Shown one piece after another: positions 1 to 13,460 of a stretch of DNA of 64,000 nucleotides. The notes under the pieces are model-generated. The model was not told the origin of the DNA, ran no database searches, and saw only the letters and a list, made by a program, of their open reading frames with translations. This DNA is from Utricularia gibba. Its lineage: Eukaryota; Plantae; Magnoliophyta. The position numbers were made by a program, and so were the translations under genes. The stretch is taken from the NCBI GenBank assembly GCA_002189035.1, contig CM007989.1, positions 5,146,001-5,210,000 of the forward strand, read 5' to 3'. Positions within the stretch are counted from its first letter, which is position 1. Every line of letters begins with the position of its first letter.

Positions 1-1609
1 ACTTAACTAAATATAGACCAAAAGTTAGGAAAATCAAAGGTTTGGATAGACTTGAATTTTTGTATTGTTATATAAATGATTATCAAGTTGAGTGGTGTAG
101 TAATAATTGTGTTACTCCTAGAAACCTCAAGACATTGCATTACCTTATTCTAATAAATTGTCAAATTTTCCAATTATCTCTTTACTGCATTTTTATCATA
201 AACCTATGTTACCGTGACCTTAAACTTATTCTCTTATCCGTGATACAAACTGATAAGTGATTTTGTGTCACTTATATTTGTGCTTTTTAGGACTCAATTA
301 GATGGGTTTTGCATTCTTTTTATCTCACTTTCCTTATGTTTTTAGAAGAATTTTATATCTTTCATACAACTTTGATCTTTTTGGAGGGAAAGTGTGTTTT
401 GTGATTTTTCAGGATGAATTTGGAATAATTTGGAGGATTTTTGAGCTACTTTGATGGAGGCTAAGATTTGGTCTATTCGGATGAAGACTCGATCAAAGAT
501 TCTTGGATAAGATAAGATTTGCATCTTATCTTGGAAAACTTGGATCTCATCCTAGAAGATTTGTATCAAATCTTAGAAGATTCGCATAGAAGATTTGATG
601 TAAGCCCATCAAGAAAGCCCGACAAATCCCCACCATTATATAAAGATCCAAACGCAAAGACCTAAGGGGGAGTCGAAGTGGTGGACAACCAGAGAGTCAA
701 TCTAGGGTTTAGAGTCGAGTCTAGTATGTTTTGGATGTCTTCTTTTCGTTTTTCATCAACTTTTGTTGTTTAGAGTCAAGCATGCGCGTGTGAGTGCTTG
801 CAGCTGAGGATTTGCTGTGAAGCCTTGCTTGCGCAAGTTCTGCATGTGTGACTGTCTTACTATGTTTTTCAGCATTTAATTTGAGGTTTGATTCTGTTTT
901 TCGCAACGTTTTCTTTACCAACGTGATCATTAGTACCATATAGCCCTAAGGGAGTGTGGGAGAATCAAAAGTTGGCCTCAAGCACCTAAGGAGAAGGGCT
1001 TAATCGGACATCGTTGGTAAGGCACATTCTGTCTAATCTGTCTGCGAGGTGAGAGGTGTAGGGGGTTAGATTTGGGTGTGGGGAAAACATGGGTTATCAC
1101 AAGAGGTGAAATGGCTCTGGTGGCGTGGTTGATTCCATAATCCCACAAAACAAGGGATAGTGCTATAACGGTCACCGATTAGCATTATTTTAGCATAACA
1201 CCCCCAAAGCTTGCGCAAGCAGATCACTCTTCAAGGTTTGCACACATGTAAGGGCGAGTTTCAAGTAAGGTGGATCTTAGATCCAAGGCCACTTTTCTTA
1301 TTGTTTTCAAAAAACAAATCTTTCTTTTGGTTTCAATCTTTGTTAGTCTTTGTTTTGAAAAGAATATTCCAATAACAATTCCCTATGGATACGATCTTAT
1401 TTTATTACTTCGACGGTTTCTGTGCACTTGCAGAATTACCATCACAAACTGAATGCATTAACTTCACACTGTAAGCATCTAACTTTTTGTGTTCGACCCA
1501 AATCCACTATATTCATATTTTTTGTATGATTGGATGTAAATTAGGATTACAAATTTATTTAATACAAAAAATTACATTTAAACAACATTGCTAAATTTTT
1601 TGTTTATCA
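1..1609 (+). mobile_element. Degraded Athila-type LTR (family B-like), 3' part, interrupted by the solo LTR at 251-1444
   Basis: 1450-1609 resembles the family B LTR 3' end (gtgttcgaccc...ttaggattacaaatttattt...gtttatca; compare 7560-7679). The left part runs off the window. Confidence 0.5.
251..1444 (+). mobile_element. Solo LTR, family A (gypsy-type)
   Basis: Termini TGATAAGTG...ACCATCA; identical 5-bp TSD CAAAC at 246-250 and 1445-1449; homologous copies at 11211-12324 and 30246-31308. Confidence 0.9.
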
Positions 1610-1611
1610 AG

Positions 1612-1785
1612 TACTGTCCCGTGTTTTGTGAAATTATGGAATCAATCACAACACCAGAACCATTTCACTCATGTCATAACCCTTGTTTTCTCGACACCCA
1701 AGTCTAACCCCTACACCTCTTACCAACGATGCTCGATCGAGCCCTTTTTCGTTAGGTGCTTGAGGCCAATCTTTGATTCTCCCAT
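1612..1785 (-). repeat. Fragment of family A LTR
   Basis: Reverse-complement similarity to about 965-1165 (ttatggaatcaatcac...ttaggtgcttgaggccaa...ttgattctccca). Confidence 0.7.
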
Positions 1786-2833
1786 ACTCTTTTAAGGTTA
1801 TATGGTATTAAAGATAATGTTGCTAAAGAAAATTGATTATATCCATATAATTTCAAAATTGATTCAATTTTGCATAATTGAAAATATAGTTTCAAATTAT
1901 CGAACATGACTTAAATAAGAGTTGAAATGATTCCCTTAAAAACATGGTATTATAGATATTCTAAAATGATCAAAATTGTAATGTTTTGCACATGTTGCTT
2001 TGTTCTTGTGAAAAAGAAAAATATGTAAAGTTTGATTACCTCAAAAACAATAAAACCGAGAGTTATTTTAATAACATCAGAGAGAAGGTTTCACTAAAAA
2101 CACAAAATTGAGGATGAATACTCACCCTAGCAAGAGTGCAAAGTGATCTTATTGTGAGGTTGTACTTTACATGCAGAAAAGCTATTGGGAAAAATCTTGG
2201 GTTTTTGGTTTCTTGTGGAGTGATGTCTCCACAAGAGTGGGGATGAATAATGCATGTGAATACAAATATTACATGAAAAAATAATTTCTTTGTTAGTTGA
2301 GGTTGATGGAGAGGTTTGAGATGGTAGGAGAGTTTGGTGGTTTCAAATTGCATCAACTTGGATCCCTTTATCTTGGAAGTTTTCGTAGTTTATGGATGTG
2401 GCCCATGCATATTTGCTATTGCGTCTATAATGTTATAGCATGATGTTGCCATTGAACATCTCTAAAAAGAGTAATAAAAGTTTATTTGTAGACCTGATTT
2501 GATAGTCATGATGAGTTCTACAATGGCGCCATGCTCATCCTTGCTTGTTTTCGGAAGGTCCCTTGGTTGCCCTTTATGTCTTGTTGCCCACTATATAGGT
2601 TCGCTTCTTAGAAGACATCTTGATATTAACGTTGTCTTGTATGTTATCTGAGCGCTCGTCTTCAATCGTTATTCTAATGTTAAGGCCTTAGTCACTTATG
2701 GATGCTCACCTTTAGGTTCTCAAGCCTACATTGGTGTTCTTGGGGCAATGCTCTTATTCTTGGCAAAACTAAAATTTTTGAGTTCCTTGAGGATGTCAGA
2801 CTCTCTGTTTTTTTCCATAGGGGGCTTGATTAT

Positions 2834-3200
2834 TGATAATGGAAATTTCAAGTATAATTGTAATAAAAATAAATTTTCATATCAAATAAATTTACAATCT
2901 CTAATCTTTACAAAATACAAATTTAGATAACTTTTATAGTGGATTTCGGAATTGATTACAAGGAACATGTGCCTAGTATGTGTTTTATTAGATGTAAGGT
3001 TGCAGAATAAATTCTACTTTTAGTTTAATGTCATACTAATAATGGTACACAATCTCAGTAACAAAGATCAAACTCAACCTGGACAATAACAAATGCAAGT
3101 TTTGTACACAAAGTAACACTAAGATGCTTATAACTTTGGGTCTACTTCTCTAACACTAAGATGCTTTTAATTCAAAGAGTATTGGTGAAGCACTCCCATC
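2834..3200 (-). repeat. Family C-like LTR 3' fragment
   Basis: Starts TGATAATGG and aligns with 10417-10680 and 24741-25040 (tatcaaataaattta...gcagaataaa...taagatgc). No TSD found. Confidence 0.55.
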
Positions 3201-4852
3201 TTATAACTCCGAGTTTACTTGTATTTATCTAAAAAAATCCATCCTTATTCATTCATTTCTCAATGATTCACGTTTTTCAATTGTGTGCTACTTTTGTAGA
3301 GTCAGATCTCATCGCTTCTCAAATGATGATACTTTTCTTAACCCTTATTTCCTTCTATTTTTTTCTTATTCTTCACTAGCAATCACTAATCCTTGCGACA
3401 ATGAAATATATTAACTCTTGCAAACAAATCTAGATTGCACACTCTAGCTTCCTCTAATCATGATTGCACTCAAATAAAAAAACAATTAAGGAATCATGCT
3501 CACAAGATTTCAAGAGACATCAAACAAAGCTCATGCATTCTAATCATCACAAAATTATCATGTTCAATCATTGAATTATTCAAAACAAAGTTCGGAGTAT
3601 CAAGTAAAAATGCAGCATACAAAAACAAACAAATAACTCTTAACATAGACTAACAAATTCAACTTTTCATAGGGACAAACTTGATTCCGAAATAAACCTA
3701 AAATTATATTCGACAAAATTAGCAGCAAGTTACTTATGTAGGAAGGAGTTATTCACTCCCGGTTTCAATCACTTCTTTCTTGAATCATGCAACCGCTTTA
3801 TCGTTGATCATTCGAGCTTCTTTTAATAAGTCAAAGTAGAAGCATGATTGTGTTGCTTTACTATTGGTGCATTTTCGCATATTCCTACAATTTGCTTGAG
3901 ACAAATCTATTTCTGTTTGCTTTGTTGGTTCATAAACTAATCACATTGGGTGTCATTCTTACATTTAAAATGAAAAATAACAAACTATAATTGATTTGAT
4001 TCCTTCATCATTAGAAAATTTCAAAAAAGTAAAGACTATAAGCAAAGCAGATGGTGGAAGCTAACTTCAAAGGAATTAGCAAGTGGAAGATTTAGATGAA
4101 TGAGAAAATAGATTAAGCATGAGTTCAAAGGAAATTTTAAGCCACCTTCAAAGATTTTCATCAAGATTAGTATCTATCCATGGTGTTCACAAGGATAATT
4201 GATTAAGAATGTTCTATTGAATCTTAGAGTTAAAGGAGAATTAAGGCTTCGATGCACTATAAGTAAAAGTTTTGTGACAACTAATTTTCTTCATTTCTTT
4301 CCTTTTATCTATTTTCTTGCACTTTTTGTTTGTTGTAGGCATGTGTCCGAAAAACTTTGAGGAACAGAGAGGTGATATTGATGTTGGCTTGTTGCTTAAT
4401 GTCATGCATGAATTTAGTTGTCTCACATCTATAGAGCAAATCCACATCAAACTTTAGGATCAAGTAGAATGTCAATATTGTAAGGAAAATAGAGGAAAAG
4501 GATCCCATGATAGAGGAACAATATTAGTACATCACAAAAGAGGAAATGCACTATGGGACGAAAGTCTTCAACAGAGTAAGCATACCAAAAATTAGTAGAA
4601 ATGATAGCACAAATGAGTGGAGAATGGCTTTTGAATTGGTAACATTGTGGTCAGACAATGTGGAAGAAACTAAAGGTCTCAACATATGGCATATGGAAGG
4701 AATTTGGGAACAAATTTTATTAGTTTTTTGGTGTCATTGCCAAAGAATTGTATATTTTGTGTTTGGTGTTGCATTTAGTTTTTCTTTTCTTCCTTTTTTT
4801 TCTTCTTATGTTTGATTGTTACACCTTGTTTTAAGTTTTCTATATCAACCCT

Positions 4853-5800
4853 TTTAGGAAGAGCCTCTGTCGAAAGAAGAGCTTTAAGTATAATGATGCA
4901 AAGTGAAGGAAATAATTTATAGAAATATTATGATCAATTCAACCGCATCTGCAATATTTATTCACAACATGGACTCAATGAAGGTTAAATTTTACAACAC
5001 TTCTATGAAGGATTGTGCCCCATGATTCAAGGATGATTGGATGTCACTTTTAATGGATCATTATTAGAGAATCTTCATAGCATTGATGCGAGAAGTTTAA
5101 GTGAACAAATGGTTTTGAACTCCTACTCTACAATCAACCATCATGATAACTCCTACAAATCTCGTTGGTAGAAATATTAGAACTACGAAGGGTATACATA
5201 GAGTGGATAATTCTTAAGTCATGACTCATTTTGCTATAATGAGTGATATTTTGAAGCTTCAATTTTGGTCTTTCTCACATTGATCCAAGACCTACAATTC
5301 ACAAAATGTCATAGAAGTAGTTAATGCATTGTATTAGAATCAAGGAGGTATATAGAACTATGGAAGTTACCATATATTGAGAAGAGACCACCTTGATTTT
5401 TGTTCAAGACAACCAATGCTGCATGAGCAAGCACCATCATTAGGGAACTCATAGGGTGTTTCGCAAAAAGCAATTGCCACCTCATTTCAACCTCTACAGA
5501 TCACTGGACCTCCCGAGCAATCTACAGTTTGCAGGTTATGGTGAAATTCCTTAGTAAGAGCACAACAATGATGCATGAAGCATAAAAGGACATGGATAGA
5601 TGAATTACGAGCATGCAAACTCAATTCACTTAGTTGATACAAGCTATGAAAAGAATTAAAATGCATCTTGGGCAAGGCATTAGGAAATCCAAAAGAAGTC
5701 AAGAGAGAAAATTGGAAAGGCAATATGGGAAAAGTTATCAAACTGGCCTTTACCAAGCTTTTAATCCTTAGATCGAATTGAAACCCTCTTATCAAGCTTT
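4853..5800 (+). pseudogene. Degenerate Athila-type gag (same family as the 39-49 kb element)
   Basis: Translates LGRASVERRALSIMMQSEGNNL*KYYDQFNRICNIYSQHGLNEG*ILQHFYEG..., collinear with LGRASTGRRALATMLQCEGENLQEYYDRFNRICNTYPQHGLTEGQILQHFYEG in ORF 46003-47193; many stops. Confidence 0.85.
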
Positions 5801-6125
5801 AGACCATTCAAAGAGATAGCCAAAGTCCAATTATTAGGACGAACCTTTCTTCCTAGGGGTAATAAGTGTTCATTTTTAATGGGATAATTTGTGGATATGA
5901 CAGGATGTAATAACATGAGATTGCTCAATGGGAATGCATGTTTCTCATTGTAGAAAGACCCCTATATGCCGAGTGTTAGTGCATGTTTGTTAGAACATAA
6001 ACATGAAAGCATACAAAAAAGATACCATAGGATTTGTCTTCAATATTCCATACAAGAATAGGTGAAGTAATAAGTTACAAATAACACGATGAAAATAAAA
6101 ATTATAATATTAAAACTATAATTAC

Positions 6126-8410
6126 TGATAAGTGATTTTGTGTCGTTCCAAAACATGTACTTTCATTATTTTTAAATATTATTTTTACATACCTTACACA
6201 CTACTTTCTCATGATTTTCAATAATTTTGTATTTTTCATACTACTTTAAACTTTTTGAATTTAAATAAATGTATATGAACAAAATTTTCATTTGATTAAT
6301 TTAAATAAACGATTATAAACAAATTTCTCATTCATAAAAATTAAATAAACAAATATGAACATAGATATTTGCATTCGTTCAACATAACACCCCTAGTTGT
6401 CTAAGCCCAAGGGCTGAAAAACCTTACTATTCATCTAAGCTAATGTGCTAGGCCATGTAATCTGACCAGTCTGCAAGTCATGATTAGTTATGGGGCAAAG
6501 TAGAGATTGTATGTTGATAGCACATATTTTTGAATGATTAAGTACATGGAAAAGATTCATATTGTGCTACAAAAATCAGATTTTATTGTCAAGTTCTATA
6601 TTTTTGCACAAAGTACCATAGTTATGTTATTTTAGTCTTAGTTGGGACTAATTCTACGATTTACTCTCAACCTTCTAATAATCTTCTTTGAGCAATGCAG
6701 TACAGGTCGCAACACAAATCCCAAGGAGCCGAATATGCATAGTGTAGTGGTAGAAGATGAGTCCAAAAGTCTGAAAAGTGGTACACACAAAATCCAAGGA
6801 GGAAAAAGGGAGATTTTGGATAAAAAGGGAGGAAAGATGAGAGAGAAGGCAGATCTCCCCTTAGAGACTCACGAACAACTTTCTGAAGAAGGTTTTCTGG
6901 GAGGAAGAAGGAGGAAGACGAACAGGAACTAAGCTCATGATTGAAGATTATTTTCTGTTTTCCAAGGATTATTACTCCTAGCTAAGATTAGCTAGCAACG
7001 TTTTCTAGCTTTCTGTCGAACATTTCAGTTTCCTGCTTGTTTATCTTCTAGTAGTCGATTGAGACATGAATGCATTGTGGATGATGTTTTATTTTTTATT
7101 TTCGTTTGTCTCAAATATGAGTGGCTAAGTACTTAGGGGGTGCCTTGGGGCGAAAATGGGAGAAACATGTTAATCAATCTTTAGATCTAAACAGCCATAA
7201 GTCACGCCACTTCCTTAACAAACCAGGATAGATCCAGGAGGGAGAAGTAGTGAAACCCAGCTTAACAACTCTAATTAGAGGTAGACCAAAGATTAGGGGG
7301 AAAAACAAGAGTACAGGTAGACCTAGACCTTGTGAGTTAGTTGCATGATTTGTGATTTGTATGAACTTGTTTAATGATGAGCATACATCCCCTAGGACTC
7401 CCAAGGCATCACCCATTCCATTCCAGAAATAATCGAGCTCCAGAACTTATTATTTTTCTTTACTGTATTTCGTTTTAGTTCTGCTTAGTCCTAGCTAAGA
7501 CCAGTTTTACCAACGTGACACTAGTTTCATGCATCAACTTTCACATAGCAAGCACTTGATTTTCGTGTTCGACCCTAATCACTATGCTCATAATTGTATT
7601 ATGTTTTAATATGTATTAGGTTATAAATTTATTTGATAGCAAGATTTACATTTACGACGTGTAAATTTTCCGTTTATCATATGTCTACATGCATGAAGGA
7701 GATAAGAGAATCCGATGGAAATAACAGAGTAACCCTTGCACAACAAGCAACAAGGTATGCCTTAGTGAGTAGAAAGAGAAGAGAGAATTCTTATGATTGG
7801 AGATATTTTTCATCCAGTTTTGAGCAATATTCAGAACAATGGCAACAAGCAATGAAGAAGCTGGAGAACCAGCAGTTTGCGAAGAAAACGACGCATGAGC
7901 AAAAAACGGAACTTGAGCATTGAACTAACTTTTTATTTTCCTATGCAAACTTTATTTCTGCATTTCACTTAGCAAGCTTGCAAGTTTTTTTTTTCTTTGT
8001 TTCCTACTTGAACGTCTAAGTTGCTTGAATGTCATGACCACTGAATATGTTTACTTCATCATTTTTGTGTGTCAACCTGGAACCAAAAACCTGAAGGTCT
8101 TCTTAGTCTGATCTAGCATAGTTCACCTTTGAATTAAGAGCAATATTTTCTGTTAATTGCAGAGATGGTGATTTACATACTGTGTTCAATACTTTCAGAT
8201 TGCGATCAGTAGACGTATTTTATAAATTTTAATTAGTTTAGAAATAGCTCCTCGACGTAACTGTTGTTTAACCCTACTTGCGCATTAGATAGACAATTAG
8301 AAACAGTTTATTCTATGTGGATCGACTAGGAGTTACTATAACTATATTAATTTCTTTGCAAATGAGATGTGCCTTATTTGTTTAGTTTATAAATTATTTT
8401 TTGATAGAAA
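6126..8410 (+). repeat. Probable older LTR hosting the 6515-7679 insertion
   Basis: Begins TGATAAGTGATTTTGTGTC like family A and has a ttataaattattt..gatag U5-like motif near 8385-8407. No TSD; interior not alignable by eye. Confidence 0.35.
6515..7679 (+). mobile_element. Solo LTR, family B (Athila-type)
   Basis: TGATAGCAC...GTTTATCA; perfect TSD TATGT at 6510-6514 and 7680-7684; homologous to 34468-35649 and 52158-53153. Confidence 0.92.
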
Positions 8411-10416
8411 AGATTTTCAGTCTTGCAATACCTTCTGAATTTTCTATCCCTCGTACCCATGAATGTGTGATTTGTACTTGTTTTCACATAAGTATGAGTA
8501 TCGAGTCGACTCACTATAGGTCAACTCGCTGGGTTGACAAGTTGATCCATGATCGTACCATCTCTATGATGGACTTGATTTTACACTCATAAACTGAGTC
8601 AAAGACTTCATGACTTTCAATAGCTTGGTGTTTAGTTTCATATATATATATGGAGAATTTGATAAGCTCATATAAAATATTTTATCCAAATATTCTAAGA
8701 TATGATTAAGATTTTCAAAGATAAAATTCAAATTATTTTTAAAAATCAAAAAATATATTTTTCCTCCAAAAATATCAAATTAATATAAAAGGTATTAAAT
8801 TGATTTTAAAAGATAGGAAAAGTTGACAAAATAAATGTACAATGAATGAAAATAGTTCTAAAAACACAAATATAAAGTTGAGCAGTGTTTCTTCGTCTGT
8901 CTATTAGGAATTCTTTTACTTGTTGTTGGAAGAATATTGTCATCCCTCCTAGCATCTTGTGCTTGTAATCTCTTCTTGCGCTTGATATTTGTCTTGTTTT
9001 TTGGAAATCAACAAGACCATTCAGCCTTAAAATCAATAATTTGATAAGCGTTTGAATGGCATTCAGTCGCTGCGGAACATAGGAAACAATCCAAGTCTTC
9101 GGGTAACATTCGATTGACAAGATAGAGTCCCTGGATCGGGACTACTGTAGGGGATCAGATCAAGTGCTGCTCGCTCAGTGTCGAGTATGAATGTGCGTGT
9201 TAGTGAGAGAAGTGTCACTTGGAAAGAAGGCAAGTTTTTGGTGTGAGTGAAATATCTCAGGTTTTTGTGTACATTTCGGCTTAGGAGTTGAGGGAATGCT
9301 CAAAAGTCATTTGGTATTCTTTTACACGGGTTTATTTATCATTGTCTAATCAATTTATAAAATTCTCATCTTCTTTTTGTCTTTTCCTGATCTTGTTCGT
9401 ATTCCCCATATGTTTAATATGTTATTAGAATTCAATAGTATTTTGTATTTCAAAAGCATCACTTCTCATATCTTTTTAAATATGTAGCGTATTTCTATAT
9501 AAATTATATCCAAAAAGTTTAAATTATTTCAGTGAATATATTCTATATTTAGTAGGTCTTTTACGTATTATTATTGTAGAAAATTTCACAAAGTTTTTAA
9601 TACTTATTTTCAACTCTTAAAAATTATTTTAGGATATGAATTAAGAAAGAAATTTAACAAACTACTTAATGTGAGTGAAAATATTTGGTAAAATAACCAA
9701 TTTTTAGATTTAGAGTTTTAAAATATTGGAAATAGATACATAGTGTACGTATATGCCAATTTCAATGGAATTGAATTCTCATATTCCCGGCGAGTGCATT
9801 GTTTTTTCATGTTACTTATTAAATTTAAAATAAAAAAATTGAATTTAATAATTATTTTCTTTTAGAAATGAAGAAATTTGATTGAGTATTCATCTGTTAT
9901 TTATCATATGCGCTCTACGCAATTCACTCATTTATGATTAGTGCAATTTTTTACTTTTGAATTATTTATTAAATTTAAAAAAACAAAAATAATAATTATA
10001 TTTTTATTAAATATTATAAAAACGAATTATGTAAATTGATAATATTTTAGACCAGTGTGACCTATTTTACCAATTTTGGTTGCATTTTATTTGGTTTTTA
10101 ATGCTCTATAAAAATGGATCTTGCTTTTGATAATGAATAACTTGAATTATGGGGATAGGTGATCAATTGTGTGATCATAAATATTTTTGGGACATCAAAT
10201 TACTATTTTTCTGGTTTTTGCTTTTGTGTCTCCTTATTCCTTTTCAATTAACAATCTAATGGTATTTACGTGATGAATTCGATCTCAATATTGTTTCACA
10301 TAATCCTACATCTATTTCTATACCTACAATCACCCTCTTGTGGCCGCTATCACTAATCATACCAGTGTGTCTTTTTTAAAATACAACTACTACTATCACA
10401 ACCTATCTACCATAAT

Positions 10417-12844
10417 TGATAAACGAAATTTTTTGAATCATTGTAATAAAATCAAATTTTCGTATCAAATAAATTTATAATCCCCAATCATCATAAAATA
10501 CAAGTTGAACATAAAATGTAAAGTGAAAATTTTAGCAGATGTAGAATTCAGAGTAAATGTTGTTCTTAGTTTAAGTTCAAATTAACAGTGGCAGTCAAGT
10601 TCAATAAACAAGTTCAAGTCTCAACACTAGAAATAATAGATATTGGTTCTAATACTAAGTGATTTTAAGATGCCTTAAGGGTATATCCATGGTGTGTTGC
10701 TAAGATGTCTAACTTAATTTATCATTTTTCTCTATTCATAACTCCAAACAACCTAAGTCTACCTAGTTCATTAATCATGTTTTCAACTAAGATAGTCCCC
10801 AATATCATTACCAACTTTACAATTAAATCTAATCCCATGCAAAGTATATAGAACTAAGTCTACCAAGTTCTACCTTGTACTAATACCAACTGTCCCTGTC
10901 TTGATTTGTTGGTATACTTCTAAATCAAGCATCTAAGTTGTGAAGTTTTTCATTTCCCTCCTCAAGTCTATCCATGGAATGATACAAACAAAAGTTAAGA
11001 AATAATGATGAATTATGTTATGAACCCTAGACCCATACCATCATACTTTACCTCAAGACATTCTTAAAGTTTTAGCTACTGATTCTTGGAAAATAAAACA
11101 TAATTTCATTTAGATAATGTGGCAAAAATAACAGAAACATTGTAAGTAAGTTAGTTACAGAAACTCAAAACATTCAATAAACGAAAAGAAACTAAAGATT
11201 GTTATGATGCTCGTATCCAAAGGGAATTGTTAGTGAAATTTTCTTTACAAACAAAGACTTAAAAAAACTAAAAACAAAAGAAAGATTTGGGTTTAAAAAT
11301 AATAAGAAAAGTGACATTGGATCTAAGATCCACCTTGCTTAAAACTCGCCCTTGAGTGTGTGCAAACCTTGAAGACTTACCTGCATGCGCAAGTTTTGGG
11401 GGTGTTATTCTAAAATAGTGCTACTCGGTGACCGTTATAGCACTGTCCCTTGTTTTGTGGGATTATGGAATCAATCATGCCACCAGAGCCATTTCACCTC
11501 TTTTCATAACCCATGTTTTCCCCATATCCAAATCTAAGCCCCTACATCTCTCACCTTGCAGACAAATTAGACAGAATGTGCCTTACCAATGATGTCCGAT
11601 TGAGCCCTTCTCCTTAGGTGCTTGAGGCCAAACTTTGATTCTCCCACAAAGTTTTCTTTGGTACTAAAGATTACGTTGGTAAAGAAAACGTTGCGAAAAA
11701 CAGAATCAAACCTCAAATTAAATGCTGAAAAATATAGTAAAACAATCACACGCGCAGGACTTGCGTAAGCAAGGCTTCACCGCAGATCCTTAGCCACAAA
11801 CGCTCACATGCGCATGCTTGACTCTAAACAACAAAAGTTGATGAAAAACGAAAGGATTAGAATCCAAAACATGCTAGACTCGACTCCGAAGCTAAAATTG
11901 ACTCTCTGATCATCGACTCCCTCAATCTTCGGATTTGGATCTTTATATAATGGTGGGGACTTGTCGGGCTTTGTTGATAGGCTTACATCCAATCTTCTAG
12001 TTAGATCTTCTAAGATTTGATATGAATCTTCTAGGATAAGACTAAATTTTCCAAGATAAGATGCGAATGTTATCTTATCTGAGAATCTTTTACCGTATCT
12101 TTATCTGGATAGACCAAATATTTGCCTCCATTAAGATCAACTCGAAAATCATCAAAATTATTCCAAAATTGTCCTGAAAAATCACAAAACACACTTTTCC
12201 TCCAAAAAGATCAAAGTGGTATGAAAGATATAAAATTCTTCTAAAAAATTAGGGAAAGTGAGATAAAAAGAATGCAAAACCCATCTAAAAATCACAAATA
12301 TAAGTGACATAAAATCACTTATCATTAGCGCTGAACTGGGTTCTGGTGTTGTTCTTTAGATTTAAGAGTCTCCTCCTTGAGAATCGCCTTCTTCCTCTTT
12401 CTAGTTTAGTGTTCGTCGTTTTGGAGGAGCCCTTTTTTCGATGCTGTTGAAGCTCTCTCCCTGCTATGGGGTCTCTCTCCTCGTAAAAGATATCCCTACG
12501 TTTACTCCATTGTACTGTTCCTAACATCAGTACTGTTCTCGATCTAATCTTCCAGACTGCAGGCGGCAGAGCAATGCTCTTTGTCTCCCTTCGGATGCTT
12601 TGCCCCTTTAACTTGATCCACACGTCCCATAGTACGATTTTGTTGATAATTTTTTTGCTGAACTTAATTAAACATCAGTAACAAAGCTGATGGACTAAAT
12701 CAATGGTTTTGGTCCACTTTTCAATATAAATACAAAATTAACATAAACAACAGATAAAACATGAAATCCACACAAACATAACTTAAATCACAATCAAACA
12801 TAACAACTTTGCATTATAAAATGCAATGAAAATGTTTGTCATCA
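10417..12844 (-). mobile_element. Solo LTR, family C, carrying a nested family A LTR
   Basis: TGATAAACG...GTCATCA; perfect TSD ATAAT at 10412-10416 and 12845-12849; homologous to 24741-25998. Orientation inferred from the shared U5-like motif. Confidence 0.88.
11211..12324 (-). mobile_element. Family A LTR nested in family C LTR, 3'-truncated
   Basis: Reverse-complement homolog of 251-1390, starting TGATAAGTGATTTTATGTCAC at 12324. The last ~50 bp and the TSD appear deleted together with ~30 bp of the host LTR. Confidence 0.85.
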
Positions 12845-12895
12845 ATAATCTATAACCTCCATCTTCGTCTCTTACTAGGGTTTTATTGGCTGATG

Positions 12896-13072
12896 AAGGC
12901 TAAAAAATCCTATTTATCAACTTTAATGGTTGTTCATGTCCTCCACAAAGAATGGAGAACTAAATTTGTGACAACATCTTTTAAAGACAAATTCGATCAG
13001 ATGAAAACCTTACATCGAAAATGAGAACACGGAAGAGGAGTCTTTGACTTTATCTATGAATGAGTTAGACAT
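12896..13072 (+). repeat. Dispersed direct repeat, copy 1 (copy 2 at 28291-28480)
   Basis: ggctaaaaaatc...caactttaatgg...gatcagatgaaaacc...aatgagaacac; roughly 80% identical by eye. Confidence 0.8.
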
Positions 13073-13159
13073 AAGACATACTGTGATCATTGACATTAGA
13101 CATATGTTGTCCTTAATACGTCAAGCCTTGGATGATCTTTTTTTTAAAAAAAAATATTG

Positions 13160-13455
13160 TAGTTGCAACGACTGCAAAATAGGTATGAAATGCCTTATCA
13201 AACCCTTGTCAAGGGGTTGACAAAGTGAATATAGCTCGATTGCAAACTCTTCGAGGAGAGTTTGGGTCACTTCATCAAAGTATTGGTGATTATGTAATTT
13301 GTGTCCAAGGTATTTCTAATCAAATGAAAAGTTTGAAGAGATGCTACCCAATGTCTTCTTTGTTGAGAAATTCCTATGCTCATTGGATAGCAAGTATGAT
13401 TATGCGACTAAGGAAGCAATGATTTTGATGAAATATCTTTATATGCATTCACGAG
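13160..13455 (+). pseudogene. Ty1/copia gag remnant (UBN2-type)
   Basis: VATTAK*V*NALSNPCQGVDKVNIARLQTLRGEF...VEKFL resembles the copia gag pattern GVDKVK.VRLQTLRGEFE...VEKIL. Confidence 0.7.
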
Positions 13456-13460
13456 ATCTC

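Noticed and set aside
4330-4660. Possible Harbinger transposase C-terminus (ISRNDSTNEWRMAF)
   Set aside because: Only a vague resemblance; no DDE motif, TIR or TAA/TTA TSD.
6126-7679. Initial idea that the family B LTR starts at 6126
   Set aside because: No TSD; the start at 6515 gives a perfect TATGT TSD and matches the other copies.
8830-9110. Minus-strand reading MLPEDLDCFLCSAATECHS...C*FPKNKTNIKRKKRL with a UTR-like CT-rich leader, and the overlapping 104-aa ORF
   Set aside because: Contains an internal stop and no recognisable domain or splice structure; cannot be distinguished from chance.
9114-9230. TTGACAAGATAGAG resembles the start of miR157
   Set aside because: Two-base gap, divergent 3' end and no complementary star arm.
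11205-11210. TGATGC as the intact terminus of the nested family A LTR
   Set aside because: It aligns better with host family C sequence (tgttctgatt at about 25430), and no TSD results.
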